Source: an uncultured Clostridia bacterium
GTDB lineage: Bacteria > Bacillota > Clostridia > TANB77 > CAG-508
DNA: 64,000 nucleotides
Direction: 5' to 3'
Assembly: GCA_934167755.1 (NCBI GenBank)
Contig: CAKPLT010000007.1
Location: forward strand, 10,010-74,009
The translations under genes were made by a program, and so were the position numbers. The notes beneath the pieces are model-generated. The model did not search any database, had not been told where the DNA came from, and saw only the letters and a program-made list of their open reading frames with translations. Positions within the stretch are counted from its first letter, which is position 1. Each line of letters starts with the position of its first letter. Of this stretch, positions 36,467 through 47,228 are shown in pieces.

Positions 36467-39188
36467 CTTTTTTATCATTCTCTTTTTTCATTTTATCAAG
36501 AGAATCAATCAAACTTTGAAGTTCCTTCAAATCAGACCCCATCATCTCCCAATCATTTCTATCATTAGACTCCGTCAAATTATTATTTGCATTTATGATT
36601 GCTTCAATTAAGCCATCAATGTCTTCTGTATTAGTTACTTCAATACTAACAGCAGATTGTGATAATAAATTAGTAATTGCTTCATTTAAGGTATCTCCTA
36701 TTGCAACTTTTGTTCCAGAAGCTACAATAACCTTTTTTAATGTTGTTGGTTGGTTTGGTTCATTTGCCATTGTTTGATAAATTGTTTCAACATATAAAAT
36801 ACTGTTATCTATAGGTATTATTTTCATCTCCTTAGAAATTTTACTTCCAGTAACATTAATGGTTTCAAGTTCAGCTGAAATTGTATCATCCTGACTTATT
36901 TGATTATCTAGTTGAATTGGTCCTAAAATATTACTATCTGTCGGATATTTATAAATCTTTAATTTGCATTCAGTTCCATTACATGTTCCAACAAGATATG
37001 AAACAATATTTGATTTTCCATTTTGTGTATACATTTGAACTAGTCCAAACTCTGAATTCTCATTATTTGGCGTTTTTATCATAGCATAATATGGTTTTAA
37101 TGTTGATGTCTTTGATTTTGTAGATGTTGTTCCATATTTTGCAAATGCCCATATATCACTATTTCTATATAATACATCTTCTTTTACATTATGATATACC
37201 ATAAGCATTTCTGATTGAACATTATATAAAAATTGTGGATATTTAAATTGTGATTTAATTCCTTCTGGTATTTCTTTTCCATTATAGTCTGAAAATATTG
37301 TTGGATATAATTTTAAATATGCCATAATTATAGGGTCATTTCTATCTGTTATATAAAATGTTATATCTCCATCATAAGCATTTATAATAACTTTTACTGA
37401 ATTTCTTATATAATTGATATTTCTTTTAGCTCCATCATATTCAATTTCTGTATATGTTGAATATGGATATTGATCTGAAACTGTATATGCATCTAATACC
37501 CAATAAATTTGTCCATCATTTATTACTGTATATGGATTTTCATCATAAATTAAATTAGGTAATATAGTTTTTGCTCTTTCTATTATATTTCTATTTGTTA
37601 GTATTTTACTTTCACTTGAAATAGAACTTGACATTGCAAGTTTAATATTTTTATTTTTTATAGCTAATATTAATCTATCAAAAAATCCTACCTGTATACC
37701 TGAATTTCCAGTGTAATTATATGTATGTTCTACTCCACTATTATCTGTATAGTCATATTCTGTTTTATTTTTTGTATTTGTAACAACTACACTATTTGTT
37801 TCTACTCCATAGTACATTCTAGGCTCTTTTATTTCATATATATTGTCAGAACCACTAATATCTTTTTGTAAATACTTTATATTTCCATCTTCTGTAACTG
37901 ATGTTGCAGACGCTACAATTTGTCCAATTCCATGTGTATATTCATAAGTTTTATTATTATAAGATATTGAATTATTTTCAATTTCTCTTGGTGCAACATA
38001 TACTAATTGTTCTTTCCCATTTATATTATATTTTGCAAGTGTTGCATCACTAAATGTATAATATCCTGTTTCTGTTTGTGTATCTTTTAAACTTTGGACT
38101 ACCAAATCTTTATTTACGATTGTTATATTATCAATAACTTCTGTATTTTTTTGAACTTCATCCTCTTTTATGGTTCCAGAATAATCTATACTTGTTTCTT
38201 CAGCATTTATATTATATGCATTTTGAGTTGATTTTATATTCTCTGATATGTATTTTCTTTCTTTATCAAATTCATTTGGTTTTACAAATATTAAATCATA
38301 TCCTACCATAACTATAAATAAAGCTACTAAATACACAGGAATAGCCATCAATGGATATATCATTTTTTTGTTCTTATTTTTTATAAACAATCTTATGGCT
38401 ATTATTACAGAAATAACAATTACAACAGAAAGCAACAGATATCCCCATAATTGAATTGTAGATTCTACAATTCCAGCTCCTGTCAATTCAGTTCCATTAC
38501 TTAATATTAAAAATTTTCCTGTGATTATATTTTGTGTATTAAATGCCGTTTTTAACCCAAATGCTACTGACAAGATGATACAATTTCTTAGTATTTTTTT
38601 TATAAGTTTGCTTTCTCGTAGCAAATCTCTATCAACAGCTTTAAAATATAAATTAAATACTAATATATAATATCCTGCCATATATACGCTCACCCAAAGT
38701 ACTAATTTAATAAAATATTCTATTAAAACAGCTATTAGTGGTTTTATAAACATATAATATGATATATCTAAATTGAAAATTATATCTGTTTTTCCAAATG
38801 AAGCATTACTTACAAATAGCAGTACTTTTTCAAGCAAGTCATTTGATATAATAATACTTGCTATAGCTGATACTATTAAAGTAATTGATTTATTTGGAAG
38901 CTTAGGAACTTCTTTTTTTTCTTGTTCAAAAAAAGGCTTTAGCCCTTGTTTTATTCCTCTATTTGTAAAATACAAAATTATACTTAAAAATACAAAAGAA
39001 ATTCCCATTATTGAATATTTATATTTTATATTTACCCAAAATTTTTCCACATATTGTTCTCCTAATTCAAGGTATTCTAAATATTCTCCTCTTAGTGATA
39101 TATATGTTGCAAGTATGTATATTGCAATAAATAAAATTACGATTATTGCTCTCATTTTTTTACTAATTCTTAGTTTACTTATTTCCAT
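36444..39188 (-). CDS. UPF0182-family large polytopic membrane protein
   Basis: About 914 aa with seven N-terminal TMs followed by a large soluble region. The conserved C-terminal block (...LYVETIYQTMANEPNQPTTLKKVIVASGTKVAIGDTLNEAI) matches the UPF0182 (COG1615) pattern. The start is taken at MEISKL (RBS AGAGGAGAAG), not at 39218. Confidence 0.75.
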   Translation of the reverse strand: MEISKLRISKKMRAIIVILFIAIYILATYISLRGEYLEYLELGEQYVEKFWVNIKYKYSIMGISFVFLSIILYFTNRGIKQGLKPFFEQEKKEVPKLPNKSITLIVSAIASIIISNDLLEKVLLFVSNASFGKTDIIFNLDISYYMFIKPLIAVLIEYFIKLVLWVSVYMAGYYILVFNLYFKAVDRDLLRESKLIKKILRNCIILSVAFGLKTAFNTQNIITGKFLILSNGTELTGAGIVESTIQLWGYLLLSVVIVISVIIAIRLFIKNKNKKMIYPLMAIPVYLVALFIVMVGYDLIFVKPNEFDKERKYISENIKSTQNAYNINAEETSIDYSGTIKEDEVQKNTEVIDNITIVNKDLVVQSLKDTQTETGYYTFSDATLAKYNINGKEQLVYVAPREIENNSISYNNKTYEYTHGIGQIVASATSVTEDGNIKYLQKDISGSDNIYEIKEPRMYYGVETNSVVVTNTKNKTEYDYTDNSGVEHTYNYTGNSGIQVGFFDRLILAIKNKNIKLAMSSSISSESKILTNRNIIERAKTILPNLIYDENPYTVINDGQIYWVLDAYTVSDQYPYSTYTEIEYDGAKRNINYIRNSVKVIINAYDGDITFYITDRNDPIIMAYLKLYPTIFSDYNGKEIPEGIKSQFKYPQFLYNVQSEMLMVYHNVKEDVLYRNSDIWAFAKYGTTSTKSKTSTLKPYYAMIKTPNNENSEFGLVQMYTQNGKSNIVSYLVGTCNGTECKLKIYKYPTDSNILGPIQLDNQISQDDTISAELETINVTGSKISKEMKIIPIDNSILYVETIYQTMANEPNQPTTLKKVIVASGTKVAIGDTLNEAITNLLSQSAVSIEVTNTEDIDGLIEAIINANNNLTESNDRNDWEMMGSDLKELQSLIDSLDKMKKENDKKVTSRNTH

Positions 39189-39202
39189 ATTTTCTTCTCC
39201 TC

Positions 39203-39305
39203 TTACCAGTAGGAACACCCTTACTTTTTATTAACTAATTTTTTCATAAATGGGTGTCCCCGGTGGTAAAAATATTTACCATTAATAAGTGTCCCTACTG
39301 GTAAA
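39203..39305. repeat. cluster of three units of the interspersed repeat (one plus, two minus) forming a hairpin
   Basis: TTACCAGTAGGAACACCC (39203-39220) faces GGGTGTCCCCGGTGGTAA (39251-39268), followed by TTTACCATTAATAAGTGTCCCTACTGGTAAA (39275-39305). It lies between the UPF0182 start and the ftsY stop. Confidence 0.8.
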
Positions 39306-39307
39306 TT

Positions 39308-40213
39308 TTAAATTATAGCTTTAGCAAAGTCTTTTGAATTGAATATTTCCATATCATCAATTTGCTCTCCAACTCCAATAAATTTAACTGGAATTTTATT
39401 TTCTTCTACAATTCCTATTACAGCTCCACCTTTTGCTGTACCATCTAGTTTTGTAAGTACTATTCCTGTAATATCTGCTTGTTCTTTAAATGCTTTTACT
39501 TGTGATATTGCATTTTGACCTGTTCCTGCGTCTATTACTAATAATACTTCTTTTGAAGCTTCTGGCATTTCTTTATTTATAACTTTTTGAATTTTGTTTA
39601 ACTCATCCATTAAGTATTTTTTATTATGCAACCTTCCCGCAGTATCACATATTAATACATCAGCTCCGATTTCTCTTGTTTTTGTAATTGCATCATATAC
39701 TACAGATGCAGGGTCTATACCTTCTTCTCTTTTTACTATTTCTGCTCCTGCTCTTTTTGCCCAAATTTCTAGTTGTTCTACGGCTGCTGCTCTGAATGTA
39801 TCTGCTGCTGCAACTACTACTTTCTTACCATCTCTTGCTAGTCGTGCTGCCATTTTTCCTATTGATGTTGTTTTTCCAACTCCATTTACTCCTATTACTA
39901 ATATTACAGATGGCTTTGTTTCAAGTCTTAGTGAATTGTCTGATATTTCTAATATTTTTTCAATTTCTTCTCTTAATGCTTCTTTTACTTGCTCTTCATC
40001 TTCTATTTTTTCCTTTTTTATTTTTTCTCTTAAATTTGATATTATTTTTGTTGATGTTTCTATTCCTATGTCTGACATTATTAATGCTTCTTCTAGTTCT
40101 TCTAGTAAGTCTTCGTCAACTTTTCTAAAATTACTGAATACATCATTTATTTTTTCATTTATTGACTCTTTTGTTTTGTTAAGTCCTTGTTTTAATTTAT
40201 CAAAAAATCCCAT
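39308..40213 (-). CDS. ftsY: signal recognition particle receptor FtsY
   Basis: SRP GTPase motifs GVNGVGKTT, DTAGR and TKLD. The start is taken at MGFFDKLKQGL (RBS AAGGAAGG). Confidence 0.9.
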   Translation of the reverse strand: MGFFDKLKQGLNKTKESINEKINDVFSNFRKVDEDLLEELEEALIMSDIGIETSTKIISNLREKIKKEKIEDEEQVKEALREEIEKILEISDNSLRLETKPSVILVIGVNGVGKTTSIGKMAARLARDGKKVVVAAADTFRAAAVEQLEIWAKRAGAEIVKREEGIDPASVVYDAITKTREIGADVLICDTAGRLHNKKYLMDELNKIQKVINKEMPEASKEVLLVIDAGTGQNAISQVKAFKEQADITGIVLTKLDGTAKGGAVIGIVEENKIPVKFIGVGEQIDDMEIFNSKDFAKAII

Positions 40214-40290
40214 TTCAATCCTTCCTTCTTTTTTGCATATTATTATTCTAGCATCTTTTGTTAAAAATTGCAACATTAGTAAATTTTATT

Positions 40291-40318
40291 TTACAAATGT
40301 TGCCTAATATGTTATAAT
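40291..40318 (+). promoter_or_regulatory. sigma-A type promoter for the PIN-domain gene
   Basis: TTACAA (40291-40296), a 16-nt spacer, then the extended -10 TGTTATAAT (40310-40318). Confidence 0.45.
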
Positions 40319-40444
40319 AAAATAGTAACATTTGTTATGTAAATTAAAAAACTCGAATATCGAGTAAAAGAAAGGAGTAAAAAATTTTAATTTTAGCAAC
40401 CACAAAAATTTTTTAAAAAAATTAAGAGCAAAGGAAAAAACATT

Positions 40445-41488
40445 ATGGTCAAAAGAACACAAAAAGAAATAGAAAAAGATTTTAGACGGATTAAAGAAGC
40501 CGCAAAAACAGCAACATCAATTAAGGACCTCGAAAGGAAAACTGGATTATCGTATGCTATGATTAATACAACATTATCAAAACATCCTACAGTTTTTAAA
40601 AGAATCAAAGCACAGATGTCAAATAATCAGGAAATAAATTCTGAAAATAAATTAAAAGCTATTGAAGAAGATTTTTATGAATCTAAAGCTGTAGCAGTTA
40701 AACGAAAAAAAGTCGCGCAAGTAGCTACATCTGGATTTGTTATAGACGCTTCTATAACTGGTATTAAAGAATTGAGAGATGTTCTCTCCAAGATTTGTCA
40801 TTCCAATGAGAAATTGATTTTGACCAGCATAACAATTAAGGAACTGGAAAAACTGCAGAAATTTAAAGATACTGATGCTCATGACGCACGGTATATTTTA
40901 GCATTAGCTGCTGAAAACAGTAATAACTTTGAAAATGTTCTAATTGATGAAACTGTTGGAATACCTGATGATTGTATTATTAAATATTGTGCAAACAATA
41001 AAGACAATGTCACATTGTTAACATCAGATAAAACAATGACTCTAAAGGCTAGGATGTATGGAGTTCAGGTTCAATACTTTAAGCAGCCAACAAAAGCTAC
41101 CGCTGATAATGTTACTGTGTCAGAAAATGCTCATCCAGATAAGTCAAGAAAAAAGTCAAATATCAGAACATTAATGCCAGCAAATAAAATAGGAAATCAG
41201 TTAGTTATATCAAACTTTGAAAACCATGTTATATCTATTTCCGTTTTTTCAGATGGAACAGAATATAATTATGGAATTAGAGAGCTTCATATAGGAGATG
41301 ATGTATTTGTTGCTACAAAAAAGAAAAAATACATTACATTCGCACATTATAGAATATTGTCTCTAAGTTCACAGGATAATTGTGAACTTATATATTCTCG
41401 AAGGTTTTATGATTTTAATAATTTTAATGTTACAGATACAGCTTATGAATCATTTTTAAACGCTTTTAAACTTAAACATAACTTATAA
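40445..41488 (+). CDS. PIN-domain protein with N-terminal HTH-like region and uncharacterised C-terminal domain
   Basis: 347-aa ORF. The central ~110 aa show the PIN acidic-residue pattern (FVIDASI...TIKELEKL...DAHDARYILALA...IPDDCII...LLTSDKTMTLKA..G). The N-terminus (KDLERKTGLSYAMINTTLSK) is HTH-like. Confidence 0.65.
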   Translation: MVKRTQKEIEKDFRRIKEAAKTATSIKDLERKTGLSYAMINTTLSKHPTVFKRIKAQMSNNQEINSENKLKAIEEDFYESKAVAVKRKKVAQVATSGFVIDASITGIKELRDVLSKICHSNEKLILTSITIKELEKLQKFKDTDAHDARYILALAAENSNNFENVLIDETVGIPDDCIIKYCANNKDNVTLLTSDKTMTLKARMYGVQVQYFKQPTKATADNVTVSENAHPDKSRKKSNIRTLMPANKIGNQLVISNFENHVISISVFSDGTEYNYGIRELHIGDDVFVATKKKKYITFAHYRILSLSSQDNCELIYSRRFYDFNNFNVTDTAYESFLNAFKLKHNL

Positions 41489-41534
41489 GAAAGTTGCTAT
41501 ATTTTAAAATTAATCAAGTCTATTAAACACATCT

Positions 41535-41574
41535 AAGCCTAACCATACAATTGTATAGTTAGGCTTCTTTCTTT
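41535..41574 (+). terminator. rho-independent terminator between the PIN gene and glmM
   Basis: AAGCCTAAC-N14-GTTAGGCTT followed by CTTTCTTT. Confidence 0.6.
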
Positions 41575-42946
41575 ATATACAGCTTTTTTCAATCATATCT
41601 GCAATCTTTCTAGCCTTAGCTTCAATTACATTTATATCATTACCTTCAATCATAACTCTAACAAGAGGTTCTGTACCAGAAGGTCTTATAAGAACTCTAC
41701 CATTTCCGGCAAATTCCTTTTCTAAATTTTCAATTGCTTTTTTTATCTCTACATTTTTTTCATAATCGTTTCTTTTATTTAAATCGACTTTTGCATTAAT
41801 TAAAACTTGGGGATATTTTTGTACCATTGCTCCTAATTCTGATGCTTTTTTTCCACTCTCTAATATAGCTTGAATCAACATTAATGATGTTAAAATTCCA
41901 TCTCCTGTTGGATTATAATCAAGCATAATTACATGACCAGATTGTTCTCCTCCCAAATTATATCCGTTTTTCACCATTTCTTCTAGTACATATCTATCTC
42001 CAACTTTTGTTTGAACAAATTGTAGATTTTCTTTTTCCGCATATTTATTTAGTCCTAAATTACTCATAACTGTTGCAACAATCGTATCTTTTGCAAGTTT
42101 TCTATGTTTTTTTAAGTAATCTGAGATGATAGCTAATAATTTATCACCATCAATCTCTTCTCCATTTTCATCAACAGCTAAACATCTATCTCCATCTCCA
42201 TCATAAGCAATTCCAAGGCTCATTTTATTTTTTACAACATATTCTTTTAACATTTCAAGATGTGTTGATCCACAACCGTCGTTTATATTTATTCCATTAG
42301 GATTATTATTTATAATTACATGATTTATTCCCAATGCTTTAAATACTTTGTCTGCAACTTTATATGTAGCTCCATTAGCAGTATCTATTACTACTTTAAA
42401 ATCTGGTCTATTAAGCTTTTCAATATTATCATCAAAATTTTTTCTAAAGAAATATACATATTCATCTAATAAATCTGTTCTTACCTCTGAAATTCCTATT
42501 TTTTCGCTTACAGCTGATAATTCATCAAGTTTTCCTGAATCCATTACCTCTTCTATTTCTTCTTCTATTTCATCTGGAATCTTTGTTCCTTTATTACTGA
42601 AGTATTTTATTCCATTGTCCTCAAATGTATTATGTGATGCTGATATTACAACACTTGCATCTGCTTGAAGCTTTCTTGTTAAATATGCGACTCCTGGTGT
42701 TGGAATAACACCTAATAATTTAACATTTGCTCCATAGCTTAAAAATCCTGCTACCATTGCACTTTCTATTAGTGTTCCTGAAATACGAGTATCTCTACCA
42801 ATTAATATTGTTGGTGTTTTTGTTGAATGTTTTGATAATACATATGCCCCAGCTTTTGCTACTCTATATACTAATTCAGGTGATAACTCTGTATTAGCAA
42901 TTCTACGAATTCCATCTGTTCCAAAATACTTTCTCATTTTCTTCAT
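41573..42946 (-). CDS. glmM: phosphoglucosamine mutase
   Basis: YFGTDGIR, phosphoserine loop SASHNTFEDNGIK, metal loop DGDGDRC and sugar loop GGEQSGH. The real start may be the ATG at 42937. Confidence 0.95.
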   Translation of the reverse strand: MKKMRKYFGTDGIRRIANTELSPELVYRVAKAGAYVLSKHSTKTPTILIGRDTRISGTLIESAMVAGFLSYGANVKLLGVIPTPGVAYLTRKLQADASVVISASHNTFEDNGIKYFSNKGTKIPDEIEEEIEEVMDSGKLDELSAVSEKIGISEVRTDLLDEYVYFFRKNFDDNIEKLNRPDFKVVIDTANGATYKVADKVFKALGINHVIINNNPNGININDGCGSTHLEMLKEYVVKNKMSLGIAYDGDGDRCLAVDENGEEIDGDKLLAIISDYLKKHRKLAKDTIVATVMSNLGLNKYAEKENLQFVQTKVGDRYVLEEMVKNGYNLGGEQSGHVIMLDYNPTGDGILTSLMLIQAILESGKKASELGAMVQKYPQVLINAKVDLNKRNDYEKNVEIKKAIENLEKEFAGNGRVLIRPSGTEPLVRVMIEGNDINVIEAKARKIADMIEKSCI

Positions 42947-42973
42947 TTCCTTTCTTAAATATTCTATTTCTAA

Positions 42974-43678
42974 CTAATCTGTTAATTTATTTAATAAATT
43001 ATAATATTCTGTCATTCTGTTTAAGTTTGTAAATTGAATTTTGTCATCTTTTATAGTCCAAGAATCTTTATTATCTTCTAAAAATTCTCTAATTTTATCT
43101 ATTTTATTAATTTTTTCAATTAGCAGACTTTTTTCATCTTTTACTTTTTCTTCTAACGAATTATACTGTTTTTTCATCACATCATTTAACATTACTGTAT
43201 TATATAATCCAGTATAATAATCTCTTCTTGATGAAATATTATTTTTAGTAATATTTTCCGAAATCTTTTCTTCTGTTAGCATTTCTTCTAATTCTGAAAT
43301 ACAATTTTGACTTTTTTCTTTATATTCTTTTATTATATCCTCTATTTCTTTTAAGTCTTTATCTTGCATATTTTGTGCAGTAAATATATTGTTTGGATTT
43401 ACGCCATTATTTAATTCTTCAATCTCTACATATATATTCTTAAGATTTGAAATATATTCTTTAATTGATTTTTCAACAATAGCATAGTTTTTCTTAGTTT
43501 TTATATTAAAGTCTATATTGTCTTTTGATATATCTGATTGAAGAATTTTATTTGATTCTTCTGTTAACAATTTCGTTTGCTCTTTATTAAAATTTCCAAA
43601 TATAAAAGTTGCTCCTACTATTCCAATTATTAATATTAATACTATTACAATTGCTATTATCACTTTTTTATTTTCCAT
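42974..43678 (-). CDS. hypothetical membrane-anchored coiled-coil protein
   Basis: 234-aa ORF with an N-terminal TM (VIIAIVIVLILIIGIVGATFIF) and a helical K/E/N-rich remainder. It occupies the position upstream of glmM. Confidence 0.5.
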   Translation of the reverse strand: MENKKVIIAIVIVLILIIGIVGATFIFGNFNKEQTKLLTEESNKILQSDISKDNIDFNIKTKKNYAIVEKSIKEYISNLKNIYVEIEELNNGVNPNNIFTAQNMQDKDLKEIEDIIKEYKEKSQNCISELEEMLTEEKISENITKNNISSRRDYYTGLYNTVMLNDVMKKQYNSLEEKVKDEKSLLIEKINKIDKIREFLEDNKDSWTIKDDKIQFTNLNRMTEYYNLLNKLTD

Positions 43679-43699
43679 TTTTCTTTTCCTTTCGTATTA

Positions 43700-45082
43700 T
43701 TAAAAATCTATCTTTTCATCAATCCAGTTCTCAAGTTCATCAATTTTTACTCTTACTTGTTCCATTGTATCTCTGTCTCTTATTGTTACTGTGTTATCTT
43801 CTAAAGTATCAAAATCTATTGTTACACAGAAAGGTGTTCCAATTTCATCTTGTCTTCTATAGCGTTTTCCAATTGAACCCGTTTCGTCATATTCACACAT
43901 AAATTTCTTTGATAATTTAGCATATACTTCTTCTGCTTTTTCTGATAACTTTTTAGATAATGGAAGTATTGCCACTTTGTATGGTGCTAGTGCTGGATGT
44001 AAGTGTAATACAGTTCTTGTATCTCCTTCTGCTATTTCTTCTTCATCATATGCATTACATAAAAATGCAAGTGCAACTCTGTCTGCTCCAAGTGATGGTT
44101 CTATACAATATGGTACATATCTCTCATTTGTTTCTGGGTCTAAATATGTAAAATCTTCTTTTGAAACATTCATATGATTTGTTAAATCATAATCTGTTCT
44201 ATCTGCAATTCCCCATAATTCTCCCCATCCAAATGGAAATGCATATTCTATATCTGTTGTTGCTTTACTGTAAAATACAAGTTCTTCTGGGCTATGATCT
44301 CTTAATCGTATGTTTTCTTCTTTCATTCCAAGTCCTAATAACCATTCTTTACAGAATTTCTTCCAATATTCATACCATTCTAAATCTGTTCCTGGTTTGC
44401 AGAAAAATTCTAATTCCATTTGTTCAAATTCTCTTGTTCTAAATGTGAAATTTCCTGGTGTTATTTCATTTCTAAATGCTTTTCCAACTTGTGCAATTCC
44501 CATTGGAAGTTTTTTTCTTGTTGTTCTCATTACATTTTTGAAGTTTACAAATATTCCTTGTGCTGTTTCTGGTCTTAAATAAATTTCTGCTTTTGCATCT
44601 TCTGTTACACCTTGAAATGTTTTAAACATCAAATTAAATTTTCGTATTCCTGTAAAATTGTGTTTTCCGCAGTTTGGACAGCAAATATTATTATCATCCA
44701 TAAATTTAATCATTTCTTCATCTGTCATTCCATCTGCTATCATGTCTTTTTCATTATCATGTGCCCATTCTTCGATTAATTTATCTGCTCTGTGTCTTGT
44801 TTTACATTCTTTGCAATCTATAAGTGGATCTGAAAATCCTCCAACATGTCCTGATGCAACCCATGTTTGTGGATTCATTAATATTGCAGCATCTAATCCT
44901 ACATTGTGTTTGCTTTCTTGAATAAATTTTTTTCTCCATAGTTTTTTTATATTATTTTTTAGTTCTACTCCTAATGGTCCATAATCCCATGTATTTGCTA
45001 ATCCTCCATAAATTTCTGACCCAGGATAGATATATCCTCTTGCTTTACATAAGTTAACTATTGTTTCCATTGATTTTACCAT
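43700..45082 (-). CDS. glyQS: glycine--tRNA ligase (single-chain, GlyQS type)
   Basis: 460-aa ORF with [20 protein letters not shown]... and class II motifs ([21 protein letters not shown]). RBS is GGAGGAG. It is preceded by a T-box leader. Confidence 0.95.
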   Translation of the reverse strand: MVKSMETIVNLCKARGYIYPGSEIYGGLANTWDYGPLGVELKNNIKKLWRKKFIQESKHNVGLDAAILMNPQTWVASGHVGGFSDPLIDCKECKTRHRADKLIEEWAHDNEKDMIADGMTDEEMIKFMDDNNICCPNCGKHNFTGIRKFNLMFKTFQGVTEDAKAEIYLRPETAQGIFVNFKNVMRTTRKKLPMGIAQVGKAFRNEITPGNFTFRTREFEQMELEFFCKPGTDLEWYEYWKKFCKEWLLGLGMKEENIRLRDHSPEELVFYSKATTDIEYAFPFGWGELWGIADRTDYDLTNHMNVSKEDFTYLDPETNERYVPYCIEPSLGADRVALAFLCNAYDEEEIAEGDTRTVLHLHPALAPYKVAILPLSKKLSEKAEEVYAKLSKKFMCEYDETGSIGKRYRRQDEIGTPFCVTIDFDTLEDNTVTIRDRDTMEQVRVKIDELENWIDEKIDF

Positions 45083-45164
45083 TTTAAATCTCCTCCATTT
45101 CTAATTCTCAAATTCTGTTTAAAAATAATTAAATCTGACATATTCAAAATTACAATTACTTTTA

Positions 45165-45400
45165 AACTAAACAAAAAACTTCCGTGCCTAGCATAATATG
45201 CCACGCACACTACGCTAGGGACGAAAGTATATTCCGCGATTCCACCCTAATTCTTAAAGCTTTTCATTTGCTTTAAGCACCTTAATTTATTTTTATTACT
45301 CAAAAGCTCCCCTTATGTTTATCGCTACTAGTATTCCACCATCACTAGCTCTCTATTATTGAATTACATAATTTTTCTTTTTCATCGTAATTATTTAACT
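45165..45400 (-). promoter_or_regulatory. T-box riboswitch leader of glyQS
   Basis: On the minus strand there is stem I with AGAGAG...GGUGGAAUAC and the conserved T-box AAUUAGGGUGGAAUCGCGG. A terminator helix (CUUUCGUCCCUAGC...GCUAGGCACGGAAG) is followed by UUUUUUG. Confidence 0.85.
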
Positions 45401-45406
45401 TGCTTT

Positions 45407-45435
45407 ATTATATTATGTTATTTTTTCATTGTCAA
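45407..45435 (-). promoter_or_regulatory. consensus sigma-A promoter of the glyQS leader
   Basis: Minus strand reads TTGACA (45435-45430), a 17-nt spacer, then TATAAT (45412-45407). Confidence 0.7.
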
Positions 45436-45440
45436 CATTT

Positions 45441-47175
45441 TTAATAAAAATTATTAATCGTTGTTATATTCAAAGGATTAACATTTAAAGTCTTATTATT
45501 GGTAAAAATAACCATCCCAGGTTTTGCTCCATGTGCCTTCTTAACAAATTGAACCTGACAATAATCAACAGGAACATTAGAAGAAAGATTTGCTTTACTA
45601 TGTTTAGCAGCAATCTCAGCACATTTGACTAAAATATCATCAGTAACTTCCTTTTCAGCCTTTAGTATCACATGACTTCCGTTGTACATCTTTTGTATGA
45701 AACCATAAATCCATTTTATTTGCAAAAGATAATGTTAGCCAATCATTTTCTTTATTATTTCTTCCTACATAAATTTTATATCCATCAATATCATATTCAA
45801 TAGGTGAAAATGTTTGTTGTTTTTTCTTTTTAGAAATTTTACTCTTTTTCTCTTTCTTTTTTAGTCTATCTTTAAATACAACATTTTCGCTTATTTCTTC
45901 AAAAATTTCTTGAACATCTTCAACACATATACTATTCTCTAATTCATATACAATGCTTCCAATATAATCAATCTCTTTTTCAGTCTCAATTTTTTGTTCA
46001 GACACAATTTGGAATGCATTTTTTAGTTTAGAATATTTTTTAAAATATCTTTTTGCATTTACATTTGGTGAATATTTTGTATCTAAAGGTATTGAAATCA
46101 AATTATTGTTATCATAATAATTCTCCAATTCTATACTTGCTGAATGATTATTTGTAATTCTATATAAATTTGCTGTTATAAGTTCTCCATATAATCTATA
46201 CTTGTCCATTTCATCACATTCTTTAAGTTTTGAATTTATATTCAATAAACGATTATTATATTTTTTCAATTTTTCTAAAATCATCTTTAACAAACTGTTT
46301 CTGTAATTTACAAATGTTTCTGTTGTTTCTCTTTCAAAATAAAAATCATCAATATAAAAATTCAAACTATAATTCTCTGGATTTTCATCTTTTACTAATA
46401 CATAATCTGAAACCTTGTCATTTTTATATAGTGTTTCAAATTTTAAAGTTTGATTGTCTTTTATTATATCTCGAATATATTTATAAACCTTTTTCAAGCT
46501 TTCTTTTGAAACATTTTCTATATCGCATTGTAATATTACTGATTTTGCAAATTGGATACTAATTCCTGTAAATTTATTAGCAATTTCTTTTGCTAAATTT
46601 TCTATATTTATATCTTCCGTTTTACCTAATAGTTTATCATAAAACTCTTCAAAGTCTTTTAATTCTATAAAATCATATTTATCTGATTTTGGCAAAACAT
46701 ATACTCGTGATGGCAATATTTCTCTATATGAATTTACTGAGCTTATATGTCTTATTGCATCAATAATTACACCATTTGACTTTGTTAGTATAATATTACT
46801 ATGTTTTCCCATAAGTTCAATTATTAAAGTTTTAACTTCTATTTCATTAAATTCATTGATAGTTTCAATTTGAATATCTACAACTCTTTCTAATCCTTGC
46901 ATTGAAATATCTATAATTCTTCCACCAACTAAATGTTTTCTGAGTAACATACAAAAATTGGGTGCAACAAGTGGGTTTATTTTAGAATGTTTTGTTAAAT
47001 TTAGCCTACAATTATGTGCATCTATACAAATATTTAAAGCATAATTATTTCCTTGAAAATATAGTCCTAATATTACTGTATTTCTATCTGGTTCATGGAT
47101 TTTATCTATTTTACTTCCTATAATGTTTTGCAATTCTGAAACAATTGATTTTGTTACAATTCCGTCAAATGCCAT
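45441..47175 (-). pseudogene. rqcH: RqcH / NFACT-family ribosome quality control protein (FbpA-like), interrupted by a 1-nt frameshift near 45690
   Basis: Track ORFs 45655..47175 (NFACT-N, coiled coil, ...GRNNKENDWLT...WFHTKDVQ) and 45441..45725 (..GSHVILKAE...) overlap in different frames. Removing one nt in GTACAACGGAAGT joins them as WFHTKDVQGSHVILK. Confidence 0.8.
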
Positions 47176-47228
47176 TAAATCATCTCCTTAAATACTAATA
47201 TAATAGCACAAAAAGGTCGCACTGTAAA

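Noticed and set aside
34899-39305. Repeat-bounded single-gene units considered as integron cassettes with attC sites
   Set aside because: There is no integron integrase or attI. The repeats lack the RYYYAAC/GTTRRRY core. The bounded genes have their own promoter, and UPF0182 is a conserved chromosomal gene.
45441-45725. 94-aa ORF treated as an independent gene
   Set aside because: Its sequence (GSHVILKAEKE…PVDYCQVQFVKK…GMVIFTNNKTL) is the conserved C-terminal NFACT-R/DUF814 part of RqcH, displaced by a frameshift from the upstream 506-aa ORF.
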